From assembly GCA_051530055.1 (NCBI GenBank), contig CM121341.1:18888784-18952783 (forward strand): DNA of 64,000 nt, read 5' to 3'. Each line of letters opens with the position of its first letter. Positions within the stretch are counted from its first letter, which is position 1. The position numbers and the translations under genes were made by a program. The stretch comes from Neoechinorhynchus agilis (Eukaryota > Animalia > Acanthocephala). A model generated the notes under the pieces. It had not been told where the DNA came from and did not search any database. It was given only the letters and a program-made list of their open reading frames with translations. This document shows, piece after piece, positions 1-12,290 of the stretch.

Positions 1-600
1 AAGCATAGAATTATTGAAAAAATTAATCTTCTTTCAATTCTTATTTCGAATGTCTCCGATTGACCGAAAAGCAGAAAGTACTTCAAACTAAAGAAGTTTT
101 CGACAAATTCGAATTGTTAGACTGAAGCAAGCTGTTATATTTTATTTTACTATTAATGTTGTGAAGTACTAAATTAACCGCAGTCTTAAAATAAAATTTA
201 AACCTTTTTGGTCCTTTGCTTACACCCTGCAAAGATATGCTCATAGAAATTGGGTTTATTTAACTAATTTTAGTTTCTTAAATACTAGGCGATAGGGGAA
301 CTTTTAAAGATCCTTGTTCAGTCGCACATCAATCGATTGTCAAATAATATTCTTTTTCTGGACCGATCAACAAGTGCAATGAATAAACCATATCGATTTC
401 CTTAATTCTGTAAACACGATGAATTGTTCGAAAGTATTGTCAATTAAGATTTGTTATTTATAAGTGTAACAACCAGAAAGAAATAATATGTGGAATTAAA
501 AGAAATATGGGCGTGAAAAAGCATTTGGTATTCCTGATTTCGGGTTCAAAACGTAATTCTTGCGATAATTTGAAAGGTTAATCTCGCCAAAGAATACACA

Positions 601-856
601 TAATATTTTATTGAAATATTTCGACCCTCACGTGGGCCTTCTTCAGTCAATCTGAAAAGGTCAGGGTTTTTTGCGATCGCTTTTCCACTCCCCCTTATCA
701 GGCGGTATTCTGAGTTTCAGTTTGTAGTCCGCTTTGTTACCCTCGAAAGTTGGAAGGTATTTGATGCAACTGGCTTCCATCACCAATCGTCCGAATCGAT
801 CGAGATTACGTGACAACACCTTTGTGTTGTTGAAATCGATTCGATGACCAGTTTTC
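601..856 (-). mobile_element. Inverted copy of the Penelope 3' end/pLTR
   Basis: Reverse complement of 1769-2024. It encodes the GIY-YIG C-terminus (..GRLVMEASCIKYLPTFE..) and the HHR. Confidence 0.9.
610..651 (-). ncRNA. Minimal type-I hammerhead ribozyme (PLE family A)
   Basis: ATTGA-CTGAAGA-A-GGCCC..GGGTC-GAAA-TATT-TCAAT: core, stem I, stem II and palindromic stem III, as in Penelope pLTR HHRs. Confidence 0.85.
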
Positions 857-983
857 GACCAGATACGTCGACGACACGTTCATTTTGATGGATCCATCTC
901 TCGTGACGCCTGCAGATCTCCATAAACAACTCAACACAAAAGACATGAACATCCAGTAAACGATGGAGGTTGAGGACCATGGT
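857..983 (+). repeat. 127-bp direct duplicate of 1027-1153 (Penelope RT YVDD segment)
   Basis: Direct sequence match at offset 170. It sits at the inversion junction. Confidence 0.9.
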
Positions 984-2024
984 TGGAATCGGATTTCTTA
1001 AATTCCATTCCTGGTATCGTATTCTGGACCAGATACGTCGACGACACGTTCATTTTGATTGATCCATCTCTCGTGACGCCTGTAGATCTCCATAAACAAC
1101 TCAACACAAAAGACATGAACATCCAGTGGACGATGGAGGTTGAGGACCATGGTCATTTTTCATTTGCTGACGTTTCTATCCAACGGAGTGGATTACTTTA
1201 CACGACAAGTGTATACAGGAAACGAGGAGTCTCAAACGGTTTCGTACCGTGGAATACCATGCAATCTCAAATGTACAAGGTGTCTAGAGTAAGACCCTTG
1301 TTTTATAGAGCCTTCACACACTGTAGTAATGAACACATACGAAATGAGGAGATCAAATATATCATCGAAAAGTCGGGGTCGCTGGGATATTCCCTACACC
1401 TAGTGGAGAAGTGCTTCAAAGATGTCAAATACAGTTTCGGAAAATCGCCAACTATTAAAAAGGAGAAGATTTTTCTCGAAGTACCTTTCCTTGATGAAGT
1501 TTCATTTAGGAACATGAAAAGGACAATCAAGTATGCGAATGACGAGTTGGCGATCGAAGTTTTTTGCAGGAGAGGTAGAACTTTGAATACGATCATCTCA
1601 AATATAAAAACGGAGCCACGACTTGAGTCGGTCTATAAGATCCCTTGCATGGACTGTGACGAAGTGTATGTCGGACAAACTATTTATATCGACAGACGAA
1701 TCCGATAACAGAAATGTGCAGTTAGCAAAAAAGAAGGATCTTAGCTCAGCAGTAGTTACGCATGTCATGAAAACTGGTCATCGAATCGATTTCAACAACA
1801 CAAAGGTGTTGTCACGTAATCAGGATCGATTCGGACGATTGGTGATGGAAGCCAGTTGCATCAAATACCTTCCAACTTTTGAAGATAACAAAGCGGACTA
1901 CAAACTGAAACTCAGAATACCGCCTGATAAGGGGGAGTGGAAAAGCGATCGCAAAAAACCCTGACCTTTTCAGATTGACTGAAGAAGACCCACGGGAGGG
2001 TCGAAATATTTCAATAAAATATTA
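981..2024 (+). mobile_element. 5'-truncated Penelope-like element (RT C-terminal half + GIY-YIG endonuclease + pLTR), frameshifted
   Basis: ORF 983-1708 has RYVDDTF, LYTTSVYRK, RAFTHCS, VYKIPCMDCDEVYVGQT. ORF 1623-1964 has VVTHVMKTGH..RLVMEASCI. Frameshift near 1705. HHR at the 3' end. Confidence 0.92.
1974..2015 (+). ncRNA. Minimal type-I hammerhead ribozyme (PLE family A)
   Basis: ATTGA CTGAAGA A GACCC acggga GGGTC GAAA TATT TCAAT, with perfect stems I and II. Confidence 0.9.
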
Positions 2025-2119
2025 TTTGTACTACTTCCCTTCTTTTGACAAAGAATACACAGTCAATATCCTGAAGACCGCATGAGTTTTTAGGTTTTAT
2101 CACTTTATTTAATCCTCCA

Positions 2120-2575
2120 AATCGAAGTTAGTTCACGGGGTCCATTAAACTCTATCCTCTTAAACGCCTTCGGTGCCTTCGATTATCATCCAAAGACCTT
2201 TAGTACTTCTATATGTCCTCCATCCTACTAACACTCACCAACGCGCATATCCAACCTTCTGCAATTTTTCTCCTAAACTATTCAAAAAATAAATACATTT
2301 CACAAGAGGTGTGCTCTAATCTGCTCGTCCGAACTCATGCCCTTAGAAAAACACCTCTCTAATCTCTTAAAAGCACTCAAAGCGCCTTCATTCTCTTCCG
2401 CCTCGATTTCTACCACACGTTTCACTTTTTACTCACACTTACAATACCCGTCGCCCCAACGTCTTCCATCCTTCAATTCCTCACAATCTCAACCTCCCCT
2501 CTTTCCTCATGACCGCTAAATCCTCCAACTGCGAATTGATTCGGAGGAAAAAACGGAAAACAACAACTAACAATG
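2120..2575 (+). mobile_element. Decayed LINE 3' end, homologous to 47760-48281
   Basis: Shared blocks (ggtccattaa.ctctat, aaagcactcaaagcgcct, cgccccaac, gcgaat.gattcggaggaaa) ending in (aac)n taa. Confidence 0.6.
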
Positions 2576-2649
2576 AAACAACCAAATTCAGCTCTCTATA
2601 CAGGTTTTCCTTTTTCAATACTGCCCAATCTTCTTGAATATCATGGCAG

Positions 2650-3120
2650 GAAATGGACCGGAGGAAAGGCCAACCTCACAGCCTCTCCAACAAACAGTAA
2701 CCGCCAATTTCCACCCGACCTGATCTTCCCACTCGACCCAAACAGTAATATACTCAGGTTCCGGTCGAACGGGAAAGTTAGTGGTTATTGTTTATAGGAG
2801 AGTTTGTCAGGTTATGTCTTTTCTTTGGTTCATTTCGGTTTATGATGTCCGAGAAGATTGGGCACTATGGACAAGGAACAGAAGTAGAGGGAGGTGCGAG
2901 GTATGGGAGGATGAAACGAATTTAAATTGCTGGGAATAAAATGTGGTTAAAATTGTCGCGGTAGGGATGAGAGGCGTTTTGATTGTTTGGTAAAATTTTT
3001 ATAAAGGCATTCGGTTTGCGGGGGAAATCAACTGTGCAAATTTGGAGGTTAAGATAAAGCTGTAGTAAAATCTGGATAGAGCGTTCAACTCTTAGTATGT
3101 TGTTAGTCTGGAACTTCATC
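2650..3120. mobile_element. Decayed LINE-family fragments related to 3790-3905, 19380-19520 and 53490-53820
   Basis: 2660-2740 (ggaaaggccaacctcaca..aacagtaaccgccaat..ccactcgacc) matches the reverse complement of 3800-3905. Confidence 0.5.
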
Positions 3121-3169
3121 GATGATTATAATAACACGTTTATTTACATATAAACACGTTTTACTTTTT

Positions 3170-3671
3170 TTTTGACTCAAATATTTTTTTTTCCTGACTA
3201 CTATCGATTCTATTTGGTTACTTTTCTTTACATTCACCACCTCCCACCAAATTCCAGCTTTTGTCCTTCCTCGACCGTCGCCATCACGCTGGCAGCATTG
3301 CCCCGTTGTACTGCGAGCGAGATATTTTGTCGAAGGAATACGCCTGCCCTTGAATCTCCGGTCGTTTCTCTCAATTTCTTCGAGAGATCCTTGAGCAGAG
3401 AGAGTGCCGAGCTGCCGAGCGCTCCATACGTCTCTACCCCAAAGGGGACAAAATAGTGAGCCCTCGATAGCTGCATATATTTTCGTACCTTTCTCCCTTC
3501 CGCTGCACTGGCGGCACCACCGGCGATTTCGAGGGAGTAGGGGATGTTGCTGGCTGCGAGGGTGTCCACACACGTGGCGTCCCAGAGAAGGCATTTGCCC
3601 TCCCGCCACGGGAAGACCGAAATTCCATCGGGCCTACGGCCGTCTAGTCTGCAGAGGTGGGCGGGTTCCAG
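3170..3671 (-). mobile_element. 3' fragment of a CRE-clade non-LTR retrotransposon (RLE endonuclease), near-identical to 15893-16360
   Basis: ILEPAHLCRLDGRRPDGISVFPWREGKCLLWDATCVDT..FVPFGVETYGALG..ISLAVQRGNAASV, followed by an oligo-A tail. Confidence 0.9.
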
Positions 3672-3779
3672 GATATGTAAAAAATGTAAGATCCACACAC
3701 TTGTCAGCATCTATCTTTGCTAAACGGTGTACCCAGGTAACGTTTGGTCGTCATATACAATTGAGTTCAGATCATTAAA

Positions 3780-4140
3780 TGCGGTTGTTGATTTTGAAGT
3801 GGATTACGGGTTCGGTCGAGTGGAAATATCCGTTGGGGGATGTCCGTTCGGGTGGGGATTGGCGGTTACTGTTTACGCGAGAGCTTGTGAGGTTGGGTCT
3901 TTCCACGGAAATGATGCGAGATCGAAACAGTTGACAGAAATGTCAGTTGTGACAGTGATAATTTGTGTGAATTGCAATTTGAGTAAGGGCAGAGGTTAAG
4001 TTCCTAATAATCGTCGAAATATTCGCAGTCTTTTGAACACCACTCGTTTCCAACGAATCTTCGTTTGAGTATGGCATACTGATGGCATCTACCAAAACTG
4101 CATTCTCCTTCGTGGCCTATTCGGACTTCTTGAGGCCTAA
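3780..4140 (-). mobile_element. LINE ORF1/5' region fragment
   Basis: 4040-4100 (tttccaacgaatcttcgtttgagtatggcatactga) matches 20550-20600. 3780-3900 matches the reverse complement of the 53500-53750 family. Confidence 0.55.
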
Positions 4141-4495
4141 AAGGTAGAGGTAGATCATAGTTTGTAGTTAATGCGGATTCTCAGTCGTGACGAATTCCGA
4201 TGTGACTGGTGCAGAAATCACGTATGCATACGTCACACCGAACACGTACATCTTTATTGGTTTAAATTTAACCAAATCGCAGAAAAATATTAACGTTTTA
4301 GTAAGGAAACGTTTTAAAAGCCAATACCAAATGTATCTACATTACTTATTTTTGCGATTCGCTTGTGTCCTTATTAGCAAATCATGAGCACGTTTGGTGC
4401 CAAAGAATCCTGTGGCTGGCGAAGCGTCAGTCACCTGTTTCACTTGCTGCGTAAGATTGCGTTTCTCTCTCCAATTCGATATTTTACGCGTCTAG

Positions 4496-5835
4496 ATGCC
4501 GAATTCTCATCAATACGGAACTATGACCGAAAACTTAAATGACAGTCCAATCATTTCAAAATGCGATGAACTTGAGAATAGCGCGGAGTCGCTTCTTCAA
4601 GTAGCTGATTATTGTCAGAACTCGTACAACATGCCAGCTCCAATCGTACCTTTAACTGGAATCGCAACCATTGACCGTCGGGCTAAACGAGGAGCTGCTG
4701 CTGCGTGTATCCAGAACAAACGCCGCCAGACGCTCTCGTTTGCTATTCAGTCAGTTGCAAGTGTTGCATACGATATCTCACAACTCGCGGGATCGATGAA
4801 CACTATGATTGATCAAGTTGAGAAAAGCATCTCTGATCTAGAAGATTATGCTAAGCGTGTTCAAGCCAAAGCTGCAATTTTATATGAGAGAACTTGTAGA
4901 AGATGTATAGGAACCATTTCTCTTCCTGTGATACAAGTAGAATATCCAAAAACGGATCCCAAGCCGATAAGAGAAATCAAACCAGTTGGACATTATTCCA
5001 GAAAACCTTTGGATTTCACCAGCTTAGCAGTCGCGGTGTTTTCGTAGGTCGCAAAGGCATTTTAAAAATCAGTCTGGAGCGATGATACACCCGGGGCCGA
5101 AACTTATGATTTCGAGATTTACTTTGTAGTTTTGAAATTAATACATAGAACGAAATGTGAACTTTTATATGCAGTCACGGACATAATCAAACTTTTTGTT
5201 TTGAGAATCTTGGTGGAACCTTCTTTAGCGGTTGCTTCAAATATTTTTTACATCAAATTGAGGCGATGGCATCTAGTCTACTTTGCTTGGTTTTATTCGT
5301 TTAACTATAGGAAAGAAAATTCCGCCACTGGTGGATGCAATAGGCACGTTAGGGATTGGATCAGGCGTCTCAAAAGTGGAGGCAATTGTTCCTGATAATT
5401 CTATAAGAATTGATCACCAAACAGATTATGTAGCGTCATTTTTACAGCGGCTTAGTTTAATCGGCATCAATACTGATAATGGTAGTATCGGGAAATATAG
5501 CACTTACGGTACAAATGACGAACATCAAATCACATCGCATTGTGGATCAATTTCTTCCATTAGCCTAATGATTCGCTCGGCGCGGGAAAGCTTCTTTGTT
5601 CGAATCATGACCATGTAATCAAAAAGATGATAGTAGAAATATAGTGCCCGATCAATACATTGAGAAGGTCGTATCGCTTTACGCCTACCAAGGGCAGCAA
5701 ACTGATGAACTTACATTTAACGAAAATACAACTATTTACGTTCAGCAAAAGAGCAATGATGGTTGGTGGGATGGTATCACTGAGAGCGGACAGCGTGGTC
5801 TATTTCCCGCAAACTATGTCACAAAGATAGAATAA
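4496..5835 (+). CDS. ABI: Abl interactor (Abi, WAVE complex subunit); multi-exon, middle exon boundaries uncertain
   Basis: N-terminus LLQVADYCQNSY..AIQSVASVAYDISQLA..YSRKPLDFTSL. C-terminal SH3 PDQYIEKVVSLYAY..DELTFNENTTIYV..DGWWDG..GLFPANYV (5644-5835). Confidence 0.88.
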
Positions 5836-7103
5836 AACTCCATTATCGTTAAGAGCTTTCATTATGGACACACACTAAACGCACGTTATTTTCAAGATTT
5901 TTTTATTGCAGAGCTGTTCTCGAGAACTTAAGCAGACATCGCTATGATCACTTAATTACCTTAATTGTCATTGAGATGGTCCCAATCGGTTTGACAGAAT
6001 GTGGAATTTCTGCTCTGGTATTTCTATTTTATTTATTTTTTATTTATCCTTACAGTCAGACATACGCATGGTTATGTTCTTCAGATTGATTGGTCTTGCG
6101 ACATCTTCTTTTGAGCCTTTCGGCTATATTCCTTTTTTTGGGAGCCATTCGGCTGGCTTGCACACATCGGATGAACTTAGACACACTCGAAGGGCCAGGA
6201 CCAACCCACTTTTTGGGGCCGATGGGTGATCTCAAAACTGACCCCCGCCCTTCCAACAGCCTCGCACACCCGTGGAACCCAGCGACAGGTGGCGTTGAAC
6301 CATCAACATATCGAGCGCATTATGAACGCACACACCACACAGCCGTTGGACCCCAGGTATTTTTAGAAACGATCGAATGCAATTGGGATTGTGGGTGCAG
6401 ATAGACAAAAAAACTGTACATACAGCTTCGAGCTTGTTAAAAGCTGTGTTCTTTTTCTTTTTTGCCGTCGTAAAGAGGACTGGCTATAAGTAAAGATGTA
6501 TCTTCAGTACTTGATGATTCCTCCTGAGCCTCGAAAAATTAAAACAAGCAAGGATAAATTCTCATAGATGTGAATTGTGGTGTGAATCTGCCGAAAATAA
6601 ATTATAATAATAGTGGTCGAAAAATATCCTTATTATGTATCTAAATGTTATTGCCGCAAATCGGCGATCAGTATCATTACTTTTCTGTACTGTTCTAAAT
6701 CCACTCAATTGCCAAAATATGTTTTTCGACAATGTTTGAGTGCAGCTATTTCGTAATTAAATTCTATTGCACGTTGATTAGGTTACCCGACGATATCACA
6801 GTTCAATGGGCTTGGTTTCGTCCCACCCCGAGGTTTTAATCCAACTCGCTGCGGCCCTTTTCCAGGGACAAAATCTTTTTGGTGTAACGACATGCCACCA
6901 AGGAGAGGAATAAGGCATAAAATAGCTAATCAGGGCTAGTATAAAAAGGACAAAAACTTAATCGACTCCCGATCATCGATTGCCTTAGCCATAAATAGTT
7001 GCCTGCCATACAGGGAGAGTACTTTTGCTTTCTGCTTTTTCGACCCGATACTTCTCGTGGCCGTTGTTAAAATCAAGTGACTAGCTGTGACCACAAATTC
7101 ATT

Positions 7104-7919
7104 TCAGTCCTTGAGCTGATCACAAGCGCCAAAAGTGAAAGCAAAATTTATGGCAGCGTTAAAGATGTTGATGTTAAGTGCACTAAATTTAAATTTACGG
7201 CACAAAAGAATATTCCGTCCCAATTCCCACACTAAGATATCGTGTCCAGTAATACGGAAAATTGATGATTGAGAAACCAGTTTGGGTTTAACGAATAAGT
7301 TACTTCGAGCAAGACACAAGTCTAGAAAAGAATGAGACCAGCCGTCGGTAAACGTAGGATCCGCAGGGACAATAAGGTCATGGGTATCATCCGAACGTAA
7401 AATGGCCATTATCCGTTTGTAAGAAGGGTCGTTGAAATCTCCGAAGCAAAAGTCAATTCCGGATGCTAAAACATTTTTTATAAAATCTTTATTATGAGTG
7501 AGGTGTATTTTTCTAGGTTTAATATAGAAATTACCTAAGAGCAATTTCCTTCCCAAGAAACGTATTGAAAATAAAGCGTAAGACAAATCTGGGGAAGTAA
7601 ACTCGGAAATTAGGGTTGGTTGGAGGCAAGTTTTAAAAATGGATAATAAGCCTTGAGAGTAGTTTAAAAACGGTTTTGTACAAAATAAAGAATATTCACT
7701 AGATAAAATATTAAAACTATTCGGGAGGTTGTTAAGAGAGTACAGCGACTTAGTTTCTTGGATAAAAGTAATATCACTTCTCTGTGCTTCAGACAAAAGG
7801 CCATGAATACCCAAAAGCCCACCTGCGTTCCACGGCGCAATTCTCAATTCCATTGAGCACCCTCCACCGCAACAGCTTGTTGTTTTTTTATTTAAATATT
7901 CGTACACATATTCACTCAT
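7104..7919 (-). mobile_element. Intact APE-type endonuclease ORF of a LINE, no RT downstream
   Basis: WNAGGL, FIQETK, GNFY, FGDFN, PTF..LDLCLA and TGHDIL match the EEP/APE motifs. Confidence 0.8.
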
Positions 7920-8456
7920 TAAATTTTTTTACACTGCACATCTGTCTAATACCACTCCCTGTGTTACTCCCACTCCTGATTCGATAAATTGCTGATCTCT
8001 GAGCCTCGAGATCAGGAAGGAAGTAACCAAATTGAAATAACAAAAGAATTATCCCCAGCGGGATAATTCGGCATACTCCGAAGCCCTTTTAGACAGGACT
8101 CCCCTCCCTGTCTAGCTTATATGTAGCAGCCCAATAAAAAAAATCGGGGGAGTACGTGTATGATTACGGATAAAATAATTACATCTTATAAAATCACAAA
8201 AAGACTAAGTAACAAATGGTTCTCACAATATAAATTCGGAGTCCGTTCTCCTTTTCCCGAGAATCCACTTTGTCCCTGTCTCGTCTTTTCAGTCGCCTCA
8301 CAATCTCGTTGAACATATGTTCATCATTTATAGAACATCTTTTCCAATTCTTATGTGGGTAATTCCAGATCTTTGTTATAAAAATACGCCATAAAAACGA
8401 TTCCACCGATTCTCTTATTGATGTTTCCAAATCTTTCAAAACTTTCCATACTCGTT

Positions 8457-10900
8457 TTATAATTGTATTTGTATTGTATGCAACGGTACTTTCCTACGTT
8501 GCACCGTAGGTATAAGCCCGTCAAATTGAATTAGACTCCGCAAGGGATCTAAAATACACGACAGCAGTCCTGTTATGCGGATCCAGAAAAGGAACTGTTG
8601 CACGACCTGTGGGCAAGATGCCTCGGACCGAATTATATTGCCCGTGAACTGCAGTCGTCTGCGGCGCAAATATTCACTGGGCGGTTGGACTCCGGCTCTC
8701 TTATACAGTGCTTTGTTGGTCACTTTATCTGACCATCTGACCTTGAACGCCGCACGTAAGAGAGATGAATGATTTTGGCCCAACTGCCTCGTCGCCGTTG
8801 GTGACAGTGTCCAGGTCTCTGCATTGTAGTAGAGAATGCTCTCAATTAGAGCCCTGAACAGCTACGAACGGAGTTCATCTGGCAAAGACTCACTGTCAAA
8901 CAGTGATTTAAGTTGCCCCATTGCTCTCCAAGCTATAGCTTTCCGTCGGCTGACATTCGCACTCACCTCAGGAACGACAGCTCCCAGATAGACATACCAC
9001 TCTATCTGTTTTAATTGCTCAACGCCATTCGGCCCTTCGCTAGAGACTGTATGCGCGACATGCGGAATCGCCAAGAATTCCGTCTTTTTCGAGTTGATGG
9101 TCAGACCAATCATACTCGCCCTCTCGCACAGTCTATTTAGATTGCGTTGAGCTCCTTCGACTGTTGGGGACATCAATACGATGTCGTCGGCATATGTCAT
9201 GTAGGAGGCGCGTATCTCAGGATACCTGCGACCTCTTTTCTTCAACAGAAGAAATCCATCTTCATCATTCGGTAGTGCCCATCTCATTACCCAATCAAGC
9301 ACTAAGATGAAGAGGAAAGGAGCCAATGTGTCGCCCTGCAGAACACCTGAAGTGGTGGAAAAGTATTCTGTCAAACCGTCAGCTGTCTTTATGGCGGACC
9401 TTGTGTTTTTATATAATGCCATAACGGATGTGATAATGATCGGCGGCACTCCACACTCCTTTAAGATACCGCCAATCATCGTTCGATTTACCGAATCGAA
9501 GGCTCGACGGAAATCAACAAATACCAGCGTCACATCCGATTGATGAATTCGTGCCTCCTCGAGGATCCTCCTCAAAGCCAATATGTGCTCTGTGGTGCCT
9601 CGACCTTTCCTGAAGCCGTTCTGTTCAATTCTTAGAAACGGTTCCAGGATTGGCTGAATTCGGCATCGCAAAATGCTGATGAAAAGTTTTGCCGTGTTTG
9701 ACATCAAGGATATACCTCTGTAGTAATCCACCTTTGTCGATCAGCATTTCTTGGGGATCATTGTTAAATGCGCCGTTTGCCAGATTTGAGGCACTGAGCC
9801 ACCATTCATTATGCCATTCATTATCGGTATGATTTTTCTGGCAATAGATTCAAACCTCAGTACCTCTGCCATTATCCCATCTGGGCCTGATGCACGTCCC
9901 GCACGCATCATTTTCGCCGCAGCGATCGCTTCCTTTACGGAAATCGGTCCAGTGAAGTATGCCTCAGTGCTTGGGACGATTGTGCTTTTTGGAAGTGCAG
10001 GACTCACTTCCAAAGACGATAATGGTGAATTGAGAATTTCCGCAAAATAATTTGCGATTCTCTTTTTTCTGATTTCCGGGGAGGGACCTTCAATCAAAGT
10101 TGGCTGTCTTTGGGATTTTCCTGTGAGAGTGTTTATCGTTCTCCATGCTAAGGAGGTACGAACAAAACCTTCCTTATATGCGATCCCACGAACTGCATCC
10201 TCTATCGAAGCTTTTTGCTTTTCATTATAGAGGTTGGCAAGTTCAAGATTTGCAATGCGAGCCTCAGATCGTTTCCTCTTTTTTTAGAGTTTTGATCTGC
10301 TCAGCCATTGCTATAAATTCAAAGTCCTCTTGTCATATAACCTTTGCAGCTTTTATACGCCTCATTTTTGGGAGGGTTTTCTCGGCCGCTTCGGTCACTG
10401 CGTCGCAGATTGACTTGTAATAAAAATCAATGTCCGTTTCAGCAGCTGGCATCGAGCTCAGTTGATTCTCTAGTTCGATATCGAACTCTTTCCTCTTCGC
10501 CTCATTAGCGAGGGCGCCATAGAACGGACGTGGAGGGTGCTGAGGCGTACGGAAGAGCGAGTCACTCTTGCTCAACTGGCACATCACCAACTTGTGGTCG
10601 GTTGGCAGCCCATCAACTGTGAATGTGTCACCGTTTTTGACCCGACATTTTTCTCTATGTCTCAACAATATATGGTCAAGCTGAGCTAAGCGTCTCTTGG
10701 GATTTTTTTCCCATGGCATGTTTGGACGGATTCTTTTGACCCATAAACGTCGCCAAACGCCACGGACGCTACCGGAATAAGGTGTTAGCAGACACGATAT
10801 CCAAGTACCGGCTGTTTTGATTCTCGCCTCTCAACACATATAGCGATCTTTCGGAATGCGGTAAAATCGCGTTGAAGTCACCGGGTATTAGGAGGGTGTC
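8457..10900 (-). mobile_element. RTE-clade non-LTR retrotransposon (APE + RT), decayed by stop and frameshifts
   Basis: GDFNA (~10870), LDHIL..PTDHKLV, ASGPDGI, YRGISLMS, QNGFRKGRGT, FVDFRRAFDSV, GVLQGDTLAPFLF, YADD, YLG. In-frame TGA at 9741. Confidence 0.9.
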
Positions 10901-12290
10901 TCTGTTCGGTACATCATCTAATGCTTCGGCTAAATTTCCATAAAATCCTTCAACCGCCTCTTCACCCGACGGGGGGGTCGGTGAATATACGTCAAAAGTA
11001 TAGATATTTCTCGACCGAAGCAGTTTTCAGTGAAGCCCTTGATTCGTTGGATTTGGTAAGCGGGACTATAACTGTTTTTCCTCTATTAATTGTAAGGTTT
11101 CCTTTTTTTAAAGGATATCAAGTCTTTTTAAGACTTGCTGTTATTCTTACTAAATCTTCAGCCCTTTTATGATATATAATAAAAAATATATCGTCTGCGT
11201 AGACCATCATTTCTACGTGGTGAATTCTTTTTAATTCTTTTAATAGCTCAGCCATCCCAACCAGAAAAAGGGTAGCAGAGAGTAAATAATTTTTTATTAA
11301 AGCCTTTTAGAACATCTTCGGGTTTAATCAATAGTTTCTTTGTAAGTTTTCGTAATTGGAAAAACTAAAAAACAAACTGATGATGAACCCATACGAGATT
11401 CGACAACATTTTAATAAACAAATGATTTAAAACGTGAAGACCTAAACAACATTTTTAATCATATACCACGGTACATCGCATATCAACTGTAGAATTTTCC
11501 CTCACGTTGTTAATCTTTTGCCGCGAAGCCTTTCAAAAGATTAGATTGAGCATTATGCTGCCTAATGCTGAAGATGATTTTTTCTTTTTAGGAGCAAATT
11601 TTTTGTTTATGCTTAACAAAGGCAAATAAATTCTTGTGCAATATTCAATTTTAACCTAATTTTCCCTCACAATATCACTACTTTTAAATTACACTTAACC
11701 ATCGAATATGAAAGGTAAAATAAATATAGTTCAAAGAAATGTTTCAAACTAATTGCGTTATCATTTTTTTCTCGACATATGCAATAAATATTAGTTTTAA
11801 AATTATGCCATTTCATTGGTGCGAAATGTTTTCAATGTCCTATCATAAAGCAACACGCATGTGCAATTATCAATTATACCCAGTGCAATATAAACCGCAA
11901 CCGTGAAAATAGCCATATTTTCTTATTTTTTAAAGAAACATGAAACTTTAAGACGATAGCTTAATCTCTTCGGCCTTTTATATTGACCATAATCTGATCT
12001 CACCGAGTGCAAATATATGGTGTGTGTCTACCACTTAAAAGCTGATTGATTGATGTAACAACTGCGGTTATTTGATGTTTGATAGAAAAAGAAACGTGAT
12101 ATGCTGAACAAGTGCGACCAATCAGCTTCATTTCCTCCATATGAACAAAGGAATTCAGCCAGTTCTCTTTAGAACTACACTCATTGCTAACTAACGTCAA
12201 CCGATAGGATACACCAGACTTCGCTATCGCATCCCATACATAGATTAGAGCGAATATGATATTTCCTAAAAATTGTAAATCTTCTTTTAG

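Larger units (their letters stand above)
1..856. repeat. Near-identical (~99%) duplicate of 15681-15854 + 17673-18341 (flank plus Penelope tail)
   Basis: 1-174 is identical to 15681-15854. 188-856 matches 17673-18341 (offset 17485) with about 5 substitutions. The 13 bp at 175-187 are replaced by a CRE insertion in the second copy. Confidence 0.95.

Noticed and set aside
6090-6404. Signal-peptide-like ORF ending CNWDCGCR
   Set aside because: No in-frame ATG before the hydrophobic stretch (TGA at 6087) and too few Cys for a cystine knot.
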